NCBI GenBank assembly: GCA_964036045.1
Contig: OZ038378.1
Span: 171,306,001 to 171,370,000, forward strand
DNA from: Eutreptiella sp. 'Long Island Sound 2002'
Lineage: Eukaryota; Protista; Euglenida
Direction of reading: 5' to 3'
Length of the DNA stretch: 64,000 nt
Shown here: piece after piece, positions 26,426 to 41,200 of the stretch
Layout: every line of letters begins with the position of its first letter
Position numbering within the stretch: position 1 is the first letter of the stretch
Notes under the pieces: model-generated
What the model saw: the letters and a program-made list of their open reading frames with translations, nothing else
The model's database searches: none
What the model was told of the DNA's origin: nothing
Program-made: the position numbers and the translations under genes

Positions 26426-29400
26426 TGGACGGCGCATTGAAGAGGTGCAGGGTGTAGCGCAAGAGAGGGATAGAACACACCCCACAAACCGGAGCACACA
26501 GAACAAAAATGCACAATGGCACAATGCCTAAACATGCTGCGTACCCCAAATGGATATCACTTGGTGATCCGGAACCCCCTGGGCCCTGTTTCCCCCATCC
26601 TTGGCGGTGAGCACCCTCCAAACTTCACTGGCATGGGAATGAGTGACTGCAAAGCATGCTGGCGCCGGCTTGGAAAGGACGCCATGGGGCAGAAGCAGCC
26701 ATTGTTAGTGGAGGGACAAACTGCTCCACTCTCCCCGACTACAAATACGTTTCTCCAAGCAATGTAACAGGACAAGCAATGCAAACCATTATTCCCAAAA
26801 CCTCAAACCATTGCATACGCCCGAAAGTACCAATCAGCACACTATCCCAGCCTTGATGGCATCCACACCCCCCCCCCCCATGCTGGGCGATTTGTGGCCG
26901 CAGAGCGTCGGACTACCTCCGACTGTTAGCAGTTACTCCCTGAAGGTTGCCACTCAATTTTCTGGACGTCAATATCCCAGGGTCTATGAATGAGGCTTGA
27001 CTGAGTCGAAAAATTGGTGATTGAGTGCAACCAGTCGCCCAAAAACCGTCACCGGGCACTGAGTCATGACTGAGTCATGCAATAATGGTGACTGAGATGC
27101 AATATTAAGTCAAGGGTGTATGACGCCCATGACGCACGAGGCTCAGCGGACAGAATGATGACTGCAGTGCACGATGTCCGCTTGTAGCATACTGCCATTA
27201 GCCCATGGGGGGGGGGGGGGCGACTCCGCAAGTCCGAGGACGCCAACTAACCCCCCCCCCCGCTCCTAGGGGGCCTCCACCCAACATTTAGTTGCCAAAG
27301 GTGCCGCCCTCAGGAGTCCATGGGCGCCGAAGGCGTCCGATGCTCTATGGGCACCAAAGGCGCCCGAAGGAAAATTTTGTCCACTTTGCCCCCCAACACT
27401 ATCCTTAAACCCAACCTTAACCCTAACGCCCACCCCAACCCTCAGCCTAGTCCTAACCCTACACCTACCCCTAGCCTTAACCCTGACCCTTACCCTTCCC
27501 CTACCCCCAGCCCCAGGGCCCAGGGGTCCTGCCCCCACCCCGAACCCCAGCCCTCTACTACATCCCTGGAGGGAGGTTACCGACATGGCCTTAGCTGTCG
27601 AAGGATTTTCGCCCTGTTATTGCTACACCCCTCATACGATTGGTTTCTCCCAGATCCTCACCCAGTGCAGCTCACTGGACCTTCCAAGGCTTGGGGACCA
27701 CTGCTTCCGGCTTCCGACTTCCAGCCGTGGCAGGTGTGGCAAACCTCCCCTAGTTCTGCCCGTTCCCGCCCCCCCTGTGCAGATCTCTTGGACCTTCCCC
27801 ATTGGCCCCTGGGTTTACGCTCCTGTTCTGTGGCCCCTGCATGGGTACTGTGTTATTGGGTGCGTTGTGGCAAGTGGCGAACCAATTAAAACGGATTCGG
27901 TTTGCTGGTAGGCCCCTATCCTGTAGACCCCATCCCTTTAGCGCCCCTGAAGAGGCGGTCTCCTGAAGAGGAAATCCGGGTCAAGGTGGGGTCATGGCTT
28001 TCTCACCGCACTGCCTAACTGCAAGGGGGCAGTAGGCACGAGCACCCTTCTACACAGGGGGCATAGTGGGCAGACACTGCCACAGTGCAGGGGCATAACC
28101 GGCAGTGGCATGCTTCAGAAGACTGCCACGTTGAGGGGGGCAGTGAACTGTGGTACCCTTCTGCATGCTGCCACACTGTTGGAAGAGTGTCTAAAGCTGT
28201 TCCAAAAGGGCTCTACAGTGGGGCCTAGATTGTTGTGCACCGTAGTTGTGCATTCCACCAAGTCCCTTCAGTGGGGCCCAGGTAGTTATGTGCTTTCATT
28301 GTTTGTTCCACCAGGGCCCGGCACCGGGGGGATGGGGGGGTGTCCTATCAAGATTTACAACTAGGATCGAGCTGGGTCCTTATCGTTCTCTTGAACCTGG
28401 TTGAAAATGGCAGATTTTCACCTCAAAATGGACCACTGTATATCACCACGGCATGAGAGACGCCTCGTTGAACACCCATTTGCAATCATTTGATATCCCA
28501 ATCACTGCAGAAGACGAACGGCCCTCATTGGAGAGGCCTACATGACACACTGGTGATTGTCCTCAACTTTCAGGAAAATGGGCCAGACAGCTTAAAATGA
28601 CAGACAACTTGTTTTAGATGATGCGCATTTGCTCTGCTGTCGTTTTGAGCTATTTGGATTCCGATTTTGAGCCACGGTGTCCATACAAATTATTTTGGAT
28701 CGTCTGCTGCTTGCTGCTGCTACTGCTGCTGCTTGCTGCTGTTGCTACTGCTTGCTACTACAATATGTCACTCACCTTGAACCTTAAAATTGGTTGTAAA
28801 ACCTCCACTGGGAAACCCAACTCGGTAAAAAAAGTTGTCATTAACAGAACAACAGACCTGTCCCAATTGGCAACACCCCCTTAGTGTTTGGATGGGTCGC
28901 TCTGCTGGCCTCCATCGGTGGCAAGCTGACAAGCAGACCCAGGTTTGCCCCCCCTGTCTGGGCATCAGCTGTTCCGATCACAGCACACTCTTCCCTTAAG
29001 TGGTGGTGGTGGTGGTGGTGGTGGTATTTATTGTAATCAGTGTTGGCGTTGGCGTTGGTGTTGGCCTGTGTCGTGTTGCATTGGCGTTAGTGTTGAGGTT
29101 TTGCGGTTGGGGCTGTGGTTGGGGTTGAGGTAAGTGTCGACGTCATGCTGCGGTGTGCCAGAACGGCATGCAATGGACAACAGGTGTGGCGACCTGCCGC
29201 ACAATCTCATTCGTAATCTGGTCCCCCCACTCATTGATCTCTGGCATGTTCAGGTCGTCGACAAAGAGGCACATCTTCATGTTCCGCTTGGGGCCGTATG
29301 TCGTGCCCATCCGCTTCTCGATCACGTCCTCAACCACATTCTGGAAGAGCCCGGGCGTTGTCGCCGATGAAAAATTGGACTTTTTCCAGGTGAAGAGGTC

Positions 29401-32400
29401 GTTCTCAGGCTTGGCTGCCCAATTTGTGAGGAACTGCTCGATGGTGACGGTCTTGGCCGTGCCCGAGCCGCCCATCAGCAGCACCGCACGCTTTTGGATG
29501 GCATTGCACTCCATGAGGTAGAGCAGGCGCGAGGAGTCGAGGGTGGAGATGAACAGGGTGGAGAACTCCAGCTTATCATCGCCGGGGTACTTCCAGGGGG
29601 GGATGGACTGGTTCCAATGCATCCATTGCCCGGTCTTGAGGTCTACACGGTACTCAAAGATCGTGTCCTGTAGGAACGCGGTGGGTTGGCCCGGCGACAT
29701 GAACAATTGCACTGGGGGAACAGTAGTAGACAGGAGTTGGGTGGAGGAGAGGGCGCTCTGCTGTTTTCAACAGCAGCCAGGCGGGCTGGCAACCGCACAG
29801 GACACACATCTGCGGCACCAGCAACACCAGTCCGTTCTTCTCGCGCTGTCTCTTATTGTCGTGCTTATTCTCACGCTTTCAGGGCCCCACACGAGGCCGG
29901 CGCACACCCCCGGGGACAGCACAGCGGAAGGCGGATCCAAACGCAGCCCGGCAGAGCTGAGCTCTTGTCTATCCAGCCCGGGTCTGGGCCACCGGAGGGG
30001 GATAGCTTCAGGGAAAAGGGCTCCGAACGGGCTGTACAGGCAGTTGACAAAGCGGTTATCGCTGAGCAGGACAGCGGTGTGAGGCAGTATTGGCGGTTAC
30101 GAATGCGTTCGGCAGCATCCGTTGTGGCGCGCTTGATCGGGCTTTGTAGAAGAAGCCCCTCCAGTGTGCTGGCGCTGGATGCTCAGCGGTACCGCGCATG
30201 GGCTGCTCGCTGCACATCTCATACGACCTGCGTTGCTTGTTCTTGGGTCTTGTTTTGACACGGGCTTGTGGGCAAGGAATCGCTCTGAAGCCCCGCCCAC
30301 CACATCCAGCGTCGCAGGCCATTGCTCTTGGCCAGTTGGGTTCACATCCCCTGTGCCTTTGACGAACTCATGACTCTTGCAAACCGCATGACTCAGACCG
30401 GCCCTGCCACATGAACACACCTCCTGAGGTAAATCGGTCAAGAAGTTCCGCAGGTATGTGCTGAAGCGATCACGGCACATGGTCTCCAACATCCCACCGG
30501 CCGACCACGAGTAAACAAACCAGAACATGCGTTCCACCGCCTCCTTGGACAGCTCTATGCCCTTTTCCGCTGCCTCGTTCACGATGCCACACAGCAGCCA
30601 GAAAGAGTTGGAGATCACGTGGTTGAGGCTGTGGAAAGGGCCACCGGGAACGTAAGGGACAGGTCGCAGATGACCCTTGCAACCCCCCGGACGCACTCCA
30701 GGCAAACCAAAACGCCCCGCACGTCTTTTCTTCCACAGGACCACACCTCCGCGTCCCGGACGGATATACGCCAGCCCCACCGCGTGGGCCCGGGATTCAT
30801 CTACGTGGCCCCTGCTCTTGCGCACTATTCAGACATGTTTGGCAAGATGTCACACCGGGGGGCAGGCTGAGCACTGTGGTGCCTGGGTCGTCCCTGAACA
30901 TGTCCATTGCCAAGTTGCCCCGCATCTTTGAGGACCCAGCCTTCACCAAGTCAATATTGGCCGCCACCACAACGGCCGCGGAAACAATCCACTGCAAATG
31001 CCCCCACGGCATGACCGGAACACACTTTGCGGCTCAGTCCTTGTGCCCCCCGCCCAAATAGTCACTAACTATTACCTCCTCTCCGGCGGTAGTCCCTCTG
31101 CTGGCATTTGCTGTGGCGGACTACTGCACTGGGAACACCCATCCAACAGGCGTAAGGGCTCTTGAGGGTGCATTTCCTGTCTGCCCCCGTTCCGCCCCGC
31201 CGATGGGGGTGACCAAGATTCAGCACTCATCTCCAGCCCCCCCATCCCCGACCCACAGCGCCCACGGTCCGGTCACAGGTGCGGGTCGGCAACAAGAGGA
31301 GCATGGGGGCACAGCTTGGGTTTATTAGAAGTATTAGAAGTATTAGAAGAGAGGGAGGGGGGGGGGGTCTAGGACCCAAAAGTTTGTGTATTAATTCATT
31401 AAAATGGCCCGACCAGATTTTCCCGATGCTAAAAAATCTTGTTTTTTCCCACGATGGTCACTTGGGTCTGGGGGGGGGGGGGCTCCTCCTATGGTGTACG
31501 GCCATTCTAATACTTCCCTGGGTGGGGGGCTTGCATCGGAGCCCCGACTTGCACCATTGCCGCTGGTATCTGGCCAAGGAAAATGCAGGTCAATTGTTGA
31601 ACAAAGCGTTAGCCACGTCCTTTTTTTTTTTGGCATACGTTGCGCTTTTTTTTTGGACCAACAAATTTTTTTTTAACTGTAAGCCGCATGCTCTTTTGGG
31701 GGGGGGGGGGTACAAGGGGGGGGGGGGTTGCCAGGGGACAATTTCGACGGGGATAATTTCGATAGGGGGAAAATTTCACCACCTCCGGGAATCTTGAGGC
31801 TTGTTGCCATATACTAGTGGACTCTGGATGATCCCTGTTATTTCTTGGTGGGCTCTCGATGGTTCCTGTTATTCCGGGCACAACCACTGCATGTTGCAAA
31901 CAAAAACATCCCTGGTCCCTTCTCTCTGCTTGGTACACCGCTGTGCATGTCTGAATTCACAGTACTCACCTGTCACACGCTGCAAAAATTTCGCCAGGGG
32001 GAAAATTTTGCCACTTTTCTTAACGGCGAAAATTTCCCCGCGAAATTCTCCCCTCCCGAAATCCCCCCCCCGTGTAGGTGGCATACCGAAAACAGAAAAA
32101 CCCTTTTTCAGAAAAAAAAGATTTACTAGAAAAATCATAAGAACCACCTGACAACCGCCATTGCTACCGGAGGAGGTGAAGCATATACACTCCACGGACA
32201 TTTTGGGTACCTCCAACATGGGCAAAATAACACAGCCATGGAGTGAAGGGAGGTTTTTATACTCATCACTTGAAGATGGCAGAAAGAAAGAAATAATGTT
32301 GGAGCACACCCATATGAGGTGCTCATCATGATTGCAAACAAAAAATGCAATTTGCCCTTTGGCCTTTGGCAAACGGTATCAAATGACTATATTGCTGCCG

Positions 32401-35400
32401 CCGCCACCGGCTATGAAGCTCAAGTAAGTTATACCACTTGAGTCCGGTCACCTTGGGCCAACTACATTCTTCCCATGCCACCATAATGGCGTGGAGCCAA
32501 CTACAAGAAATTCACAAACACACGCTTGTAGATCAAATCACACTCTGTGCTTGATGACTTAGGCTTTGCGGGCGGATTGGTGTTCCGCTCACAAGCATCA
32601 TGGATATCCTTCACGAAATACTAGTTCAGCTCATCAATAAACTTTTGCTCATTCACCAACCGACCCTCTGCACCCTTTGGATATGCCTCAGGGACCTCGA
32701 ATCGCTTCCCATGGATGAGCACACATGGACGGGTGTCATCACTTGTGGCGGGTTCAAAGAGGCAGAGGAGTGCAGGGTTGGTGGTGGGGGGGGGGGGGGT
32801 TCAACATTGCCTTTTTTACCGACTGTTTATCTGGTGGTATATCCTTGGAGTTGGAGGTTGGGCAAGCAGGAGATTCACCAGCTTTCAGCTCCAAGGAGAA
32901 GGTAGCAATATTGTCCTCGGGTTGTGAAAGAGGATCCTCTTCATCAAAAAGGAGACACAAAGTAGATTGGTGGGGGGAAGGGGGCTCGGAGGTGGAGGCT
33001 AGCGCACGAGGAGATTCTCATGCCTTCCAGCAGGTCACTTCCTCCTCCCACCCATTCTCCGGGATGGTGCCGGGGACTTGGATAGCGCGATCTGGGGGTC
33101 CCCAACGCTTAAGAGCGGGGGGACAAAATCAGCAGTGACCCACAAGTGGGCGGATAGGCTACATAACCCCTCCCCCAACAGGGGACCCCAACGCTTCAAA
33201 GCGGGGTAGAGTAGGTCACGTGCACTTTTTTTTTTTGGATGTAGGTTGCGTAACAGAAAAAAGGTAAATTGTGCATTTTTTTTAAGGCATTTAAGGCATA
33301 GGTCATGTAAAAAAGCGTACATCGCGTGCCATAGCATTTTGGAGTTTTTGTTCCCCACGCGCAACTTACGACCAAAAAGTGCACGCGGCCTACACCAAAA
33401 AAAAAAAAACAAAGTGACTTAGGCCTGACACAATCTCGTCGGAGACTCTGCGCGCCAGCCTGCAGACTCCCCTGTGGCGGTTGCAGCGGCACCTCACAAT
33501 CATGCACTCCTGCGGCTTCGCAGAGGGGCAGTTCCACATCCAGAGCGGGCCTATGACACCGTTGTGGCTGGTGAGCCGGCAGGCACACCCATGGGGGGAC
33601 ATCACAGGCAAGGAATTCTTGTTGGTGCACAAATCTAGTGAGGTCGTGCACCCATCTGCTGGAGCCCGAGCCTCCGTAGCCACTAGACTCTCAACACCCC
33701 CCCAAACTCATTGGGCTCAGGTAAGAACCATTGCTAGGAGGATGGGTAGGGTAGATACAGAGAACGGGCAGAGAAGACCAGTCCACTGCGTAGCCCATGG
33801 CCCAGAAATTAGACGGCGCTTGGCCCACATGGCACTAGACACCAGTTGTACCCCCGTGTGTGACATTCCGTCTAGTTGTTGTTTCTTTGCAAGGCCCTAG
33901 ACAGTCACCTGTTCTTCCCTTCGCATGTTGGGTCGGGTTGCTGCTTTCTGTCGGCCACTGCGGCCGGTGCTCTTGTTGGTGTCGTTTTCACGTTCGCGGA
34001 GCCCAGTGCCACGCTTCGGTGTGGCCCCTTGAGTTGGGCTGATGGACACCCACGCTTCGGTGTGGCCCCTAGTTGGGGTGATGGACTCCCACACTTCAGT
34101 GTTGTCTTTCACGTTGGGGTGATGTTGGGGGGGGCAGGGGGGGCGGAATGGCAGCCTGGGTTCCACCCGCCCACCCACATCAGAAAATTTTTCCTCAAGG
34201 AAAAATGAAATTTATTAGAAGGGCCCGAACTTGGAGGTCAATTTTAGGTACACAAACTTTTTTTGGCCTCTGACCCCCCCCCCTCCCGCCCCCGGAGTAG
34301 GTCATAGTCACCACTAAGCAGTGGCCTGGCCCAGGCACATGTGGTTGGTCACGGCCTTAAAATGTTTCTGCCGGCGAAGGTGGTCCCATAGCAGTTTTTG
34401 ACAAAACCATTCTGCAACAGTTTTCGACCCCTCGGCGACCCCTTGTGACCGTACCTGGGCGCAGTGCGGCATCACTGCCGCATCCTACAACGTGGATGCT
34501 CACCTTCAGGCCCCCCTCCCGTCGCCCCCTGAGCGCGAGAAATGGGTCTGTCACATGGGCAAGGGTCTGTGAGGGGGTTGGAACAACTTCTGACTCCCCG
34601 TCTCCCCGCCACTGGGCAGAACTGACCGAGATCAACCAGCAGGTCACAAAAAAAGATATGGCACTAGACACTGGTCATCCATCTTACCTCCCCTGTTCAT
34701 GGATTAACTCCCCTGCAAATGAATGCTTCCCCATCCCGGTCCAGCTCGTCTGCGAATATCACATTCCCTGGTGTAGTCGTCGAGTGGTGCGCAACAATGC
34801 ATTTGCTGGGCGTGGGTATGCAGGTGCCCAACGACAGGCGACTGAGGCAGTTTCAAAGTCGTCAGGCACCGGAGTGCCGAAGTTTGTTCGCATATGGAAT
34901 GGCCCCATGTCAGCTGAAGCACTCTCACAGAGACCGGGCCCGGGACTTATTGCAGTGGTTCACTGCACTGCACTGCAGCTGCAAGGGATAAGCTTGGCAC
35001 AAGCTTCAGACAGGAAGGTGTCAATTGCCACTCACTAGCCTGTTGGGTGGGTGGATTGCTCCAAGAGGGGAGAGGGGTCCTATGAACCCCTTTTTCAACC
35101 CCCACCCCCCACAGAGGAATGGTGCAACGGATTCTACTTGCGAATCTTGAATACAGTCGAGGGGCATTGTGTGTACCGCAAGCAGGATGCTGGACAAGAA
35201 CCGCGATTTCTGTACTGGAGCCCCACAAATGGAGGGCGCTGAGTGTGCGACAGGAATGAGGATGTGGGCCGGGCTGGGGCTCTGCGAGGCCACTGCAGGG
35301 CCAGACGGCCTTCATGGGACCGACATGGGGACCAAAAACAAAAAAAAAATGAAAATGGCATTTTTGGAACGAGCGCATCGAGGGGGCTCAGAAAAATGGT

Positions 35401-36298
35401 CATTTGCCGCGTCCCCGCGTTGTGGGGGGCTCACACGTCCCCTTGGGGCCATTTTCCACCTGCCTTGCATTTCCGTGGCATCAGTTGCGCAACCCTCTTG
35501 CCGGGGCAGGACCTGGTGTGCATGATCACTTTGCAGTCCCGACGGATGAAGTCCCAAGCCTTGTCCACGTGCGCCTTGAACAGGGGCATGATGCCGTCCT
35601 TAATGGCCTGCGGGATGCGCACAGAGTCGAGATCGCGGTCCGAGTCCTGCGTCGCCTTGTTCATCAGCGCCTCCAGCACCGGGTACCACGGCAGCTCGGC
35701 GTCGGAGATGTAGATGATTCCGGCGCGAGACACAGTCGCTGGACTGGCGTTGACAAGGTTCTCGGGCTCAAAGCAGCACTTCACCGTCGGAGACATGGAT
35801 ATGCGGTCCCCTGAAACAAAGAGCAGGGAGGTAAATGGTTGGAAGAACAGGGAGGGACAGGGAAGTAGGAGCAGAGGCAGGGGCAGGGGAAAGCGGGGGC
35901 AGCAGCAGCAAGCAAGCAAAGGCACAGGTTCGGGTGGACTGGAAGCTGGAGACCCGGACTGACCAGGTGCCCCTCTTTTTGACTGCTGGCACCCTGCGTT
36001 TTGAGGGAGCGCGTTGATGGTCTCCAAAACAAACCGCACCTCAATATCGTCACACAGGGACAGAACACCGCCATCACGTAAACCAGCCCGCCCGGAGGCT
36101 TGCAGCGGCAGTTAGGGGCCAGGGAGGCACGTGCACACACTCACGCACACCACCAGACACGCAACCCCACACCATTTGCCAGTGTCAGCAATTTGTTGTC
36201 GTCCAGCACAGTGTTCAGGTTCTCAATCCAAATAGCGTCCACAGGCCCATCGCAGATCAGCCAAATGTTACGCGACTTGTCCTGCAACAACAACAACA

Positions 36299-36349
<51 letters not shown>

Positions 36350-36560
36350 AACACCATGATTTCTTGGGGCGGGGGGCTTGCACCTCAGGGCAGCAGGAGT
36401 ATTGCACACAGGCACAAGGAGCAGGAGGTTCCTTGACAAATTAATAGTTCGAGGGATTGCCCTTTACGGGCGCCCAAACACAAAAGCCGTATGCACACAG
36501 TGGAACCAGTAAGGTTGTATAACCCTCTTCAACATCTAAGGTGGATGTACCCGTTCTAGC

Positions 36561-36596
<36 letters not shown>

Positions 36597-38204
36597 GCAA
36601 CAGCAAGCTTGCGCCAAAGCGCAATCAGAACTCCGGCGTGGTGGTTCAGATTTAACGGAGGCTTTGGCAGATAATACCTATTTTGATGAATTACAATTGA
36701 AAATTTTTGAGCAAGAAACTCAATAGTAGTGGCGCGCAAATGGCAGACCCAGCTTAAAGATCCATCAAAAAAAGGCCAAAAAATGCTGTTGTTTTTTGCT
36801 GGTTTGGGTGTTTAGGATGTTTGTGGAGGGGGCCATTTGCAGTGGAGCCAACCTAGATGATGAAGGTGGACGGCGCCCCCAGGTGTTTCGTCAAGCCCAA
36901 ATATGGCATATTGTGCATTGCTTGGCACACAATCTGCACACCGCAACTGTGCACTAGCACAATGTAGAAAATTGTAACAGGGCTAGCGGGTCTCTCATCA
37001 CCAAGTGTTACACAACAGTGATGCACTGCACATCCAGAAATTTTGCCTGTGGTGTCCTTCTTGGGTTTGAATGCATGGTGTTTTGTGGTGTCCATGCTGT
37101 CCCTCCTAGTCTGCTGCTGTGCCCTGCTCACCCTGTTCCTGGGAAGAAGTGGTCCCCTGAAGAGCACTCTAGTGGAGGTGGGGTGAGGGGGGTTCCCCTC
37201 TTTGTGGTGCTTGTGCTGCTGTCTTGCAATGGCAAGGAGAGGGGGGCTGTATCGTTGTAGTGTTGCCCCGTTATTGGGTCCTGCCTACGGCCCAATGGTG
37301 GAGGTCAGACACATGCATATGCACACCCAGCAGATACACCTGACACCAACACCCTGCAGCAACGGGGGACGGGATCAAGTGAAGGAACGACTCGTCAGGC
37401 AGCAATACATGAGGAATAAAACAAATGCACAGGCTAGCTGCCTTTCTGAGGCACCATGACGACAGCAGCAGAGTTCATGCAGGGCCCCTCAGTATCAACC
37501 AACCCTGTTGTGCACAAAGATGTACCCTGTGTGTCTGTGCCTCCCATCACTCGCAACAGAAGGGCTATCTCATCTGCCACACGTAACTGGTGACTACACA
37601 CCCACACCCACACAGGAACTGTCATGGAGAGACGCGCACACATGCACACCTTGGCGAGGGAGGGGGGCGGGGGGGGGCTATCAACTGTTGTCACTCTCGA
37701 GGCACCACGGCGCATATCCCCCCCAAAAACGCGATTCCATATCATACAACTGCAAACATAACAGAGGGAGAGCGCCATCCATCTAACAAACTGTGATGTA
37801 TTGTTTTCCGTCAAAGACGCTGAAGACATGTGCCGCAAGCTGCAGAGGGAGCCCTTGGAGAGAAAATTTTCTGCTTTGCAGCACATTTCCAGACCACCCC
37901 AGCCCCTCAGGACTGGCGCTGTATTTAGGCCCCAGTTCCAACCTCCGCCCCCCCCACTCTCGGGGGCTCAAACAACCCGCCCCGCCTCGACAAACGAATT
38001 TGCACTTCCTCTGTGGGTGTTATCGGCTTCAGCAGTCAAATACCCCTCCTCCTTCCTTCCCTGCCTCCCTCTCTCCTTCTCTGAGCCTGCATTGCGTGTG
38101 CGTGCGTGCGCGCGCGGCTGTGTGTGCGTGTGCGCGCGCGTGTGTGTGCGCGCCGAGGTAACGATTGCCATCATGCTCAAACGCGAGGTTCAACATTCCT
38201 ACTC

Positions 38205-38299
<95 letters not shown>

Positions 38300-41200
38300 T
38301 GGGTGGGTGGGTGGGTGTGTGCAGCAACAATCTTTTTCCGACCAATTCAGCATCAGGGGGAGGCACCCTTTCATAGTGGTGTGCCATTAGATATGACGAC
38401 CGAGGCCGCCCGAGACACATCGCCTGTTTTTGAAAGAGGGTGACCATTCACGCAGACTGCACCGGACACCGCAGCGCAAACCTTGTTGGCGCGCCGCCAC
38501 AAATGCGAGAAGATACCGTCGTACCAGTCGCCCGTGGCGTCCATGCGGCCGAACATCTGCGGTGCAGTGATGGCCTTGGGGTTCATGCGGAACTCCTTGT
38601 GGGCGCGCTCCACCTCCGAGAGGGTGCGCAGCAGGGCCTCGTAGCAGCTGCTCTTGCCGGCCCCCGCCGGGCCCACGACCATAATGCCGTGCCGCACCAG
38701 TTTGGTCTCGTACAATTGGATCACTTTGGCGCACCAGTCGTCGTGCAGGATCAGCCCCATGTCTTGCTTCACGACGCGCTCCAGCACCGCCTCGAGCTTG
38801 TCGTACTTGGCCTTGTCAGCGGTCAGGCCCGGGAAGAGATCACCTGCGGAACAAATGGGGCGCGCGCGCGGCAGACCTGAGAATACCCATTCCCTCTCCG
38901 TCCCATTCTGCCCAACGAGGGCAGCCGTGACCTGTCCGCTGCAACACATTCGGTAGTGCGCTTGAGATCGACCCCTGCGCCCTTCGTCGTGCATCCCGGA
39001 CAACATACCCGTCCCCCATGTTGCCTTGAAAATGCAGCGCACCCATGATGGACACCAGTTGGTGGTCCCCTCTCAAATTATCCCGAGCCGTCCTCAGCCG
39101 CCCCAAGCCACTCAAACCCACCCAAAGCCATCCCAAGCCACCCATGCCATCAAGCCACTCCAAGCCACCCCAGTCCACGCAAATCAGACCTCCCACGCTG
39201 CAGCGTTTCCACTATCAACGCCCCGCATTTCGTTTATTCATCGGTTTGCAGGAGTCAAGCACAGTTACCGGTCTCACTTGAAGGCTGACATTGACCCCAT
39301 CGCTGCTCTTGCCTCCTTCTGTTCCATTACTTAAGCGCTCGGGGCTGCAACCTCCTGCATCCAACGCTCCCAAAAAGAGCTGCCCCTCCCCCTTTCACCC
39401 TCAGCACCACGGAAAATTCGCACAACTTGAATACCTGGGATCTCTGGGGTGACTCGATGCTGCGATGGTTTTGTTTCATGCGGCCGTGTGCGAATGGAAT
39501 TCTCCCCAGCAGCCCCCAAAGGCACGCAAAGCATCACACACCCCACACAACGCCCCATACCGAGAAGAGAAATGAACAGCTCAATGTCGTCGAACACGAG
39601 CTTCGACATGTTCATGTCCCGCAGCGTCCGCATGAACAAAAACTCCTCGTCCTTGACCTGCGCCTGCCGCAGTACAGACCCCGCAGACCGGAGCACTGAC
39701 AGAATGTTCCGCAACCCAAAATCATAGTGCCGCTGCTTCGACAGCTGCTGCTCACACAGCCCGTACAGCAGGAAGAACTTCAGACTGATGTCCCCATTCT
39801 TCATGTACCCGGCAGACGCCAGCTTGACCTTCATAATCGCCCGCCGGTCAGGCACCATCATACTGACTCCTCGGAACAGGACCTGCAGGCACACGCACCA
39901 TGAAGCACCAACCAGCCCAACGTACAGCAGCCTGCTGGCTCCCCAACAGCCGGGGGGGAAATTGGTTTTACTGTGTGAGAGTGGGACACGTGTCCCGCTA
40001 CTCACAAATGCTGCTTCTGCCCCCCTTGGCGGCCCTCTCATGCCGGCGCCGGCACGCTCCATACAAAGCCTTTCCCAAGACAGAAATTTGGAGGGTGCCC
40101 ACCACCACCGATGTGGGAAATGCTACACAGGGCCAGGGGGTTCCGGATCACCACGTGACACCCATCAGTGCTGTGCAGCATGCTCAGGCATTTCGCCAGT
40201 TGTTTCGGGGGGTTTCCGCCCGTGCAGTGTGCATTGGGTGTTTCTCCTACCAACGCCCTGCAGTGGGGCCCAGGCGGTGCTGCGCAGCGGGTGTTCGTCC
40301 CCCCAAGGCCCTGTTGTGGCGCCCAGGCAGTGCTTTGTGATGGGTGTTCGTCCTACCTAAGCCCTGCGGTGGGGCCTAGGCAGCGCGCTGCAGTGGGCTG
40401 TGTGTCCCGGGGGTGGGGGGGTCGACCTTCCAAGCTGATACGCCTCGGCGGTATTGGTCGCCAGTGGTGGACTGTGAGGGGCCCCCTTCCAATTCACACT
40501 AATCCATGATCCAACTGCTGGAAAATCTGTGCAAAGCAGTGACAACGCAAAGGAAGGCAGTCCCGAGTGTGCAAACCCATACCTTGAGATTCTCAGGCAG
40601 CTCCTGGCGACCAGCATAGCCAGGGTTCATTGTGATGAAGAAGCCGGTTGTAGGGATGAGCTTGATGAGCTGAACGTAGAGGACAAGTGAGGCGCAATGC
40701 ACCAGGTAGTGGAGGCAAAGCACCGCCATTGTCCCATCTCCCTCAAATTATCCCGAGCCGTCCTCAGCCGCCCCAAGCCACTCAAACCCACCCAAAGCCA
40801 TCCCAAGCCACCCATGCCATCAAGCCACTCCAAGCCACCCCAGTCCACGCAAATCAGACCTCCCACGCTGCAGCGTTTCCACTATCAACGCCCGCATTTT
40901 GTTTATTCATCGGTTTGCAGGAGTCAAGCACAGTTACCGGTCTCATTTGAAGGCTGACATTGACCCCATCGCTGCTCTTGCCTCCTTCTGTTCCATTACT
41001 TGCGCGCTCGGGGCTGCAACCTCCTGCATCCAACGCTCCCAAAAAGAGCTGCCCCTCCCCCTTTCACCCTCAGCACCACGGAAAATTCGCACGACTTGAA
41101 TACCTGGGATCTCTGGGGTGACTCGGTGCTGCGATGGTTTTGTTTCATGCGGCCGTGTGCGAATGGAATTCTCCCCAGCAGCCCCCATGGCACGCAAAAA

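Noticed and set aside
16425-27115. TGACTCA/TGAGTCA-rich patches at ~16430-16530 and ~26995-27115 as ends of one old element enclosing the Helitron cluster
   Set aside because: Only a ~12-nt shared core (gactcagtcaag), with no extended TIR or TSD.
27940-27980. CTGAAGA..GAAA hammerhead/Penelope-like motif
   Set aside because: Stem II cannot form between the core elements.
16266-29193. Non-conventional or intermediate euglenid intron structure at off-consensus donors
   Set aside because: All junctions are GT-AG. I found at most a 5-bp end pairing (ccaca/tgtgg in this intron), which is not distinguishable from chance.
32688-32742. Lone GTGATGA...CTGA 55-nt segment on the minus strand
   Set aside because: No convincing D'/C' boxes and single copy; expected by chance in 64 kb.
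32440-32785. Protein-like minus-strand frame (..[19 protein letters not shown]..) with several stops
   Set aside because: No identifiable domain, and the frame does not continue. It may be a TE relic but cannot be supported.
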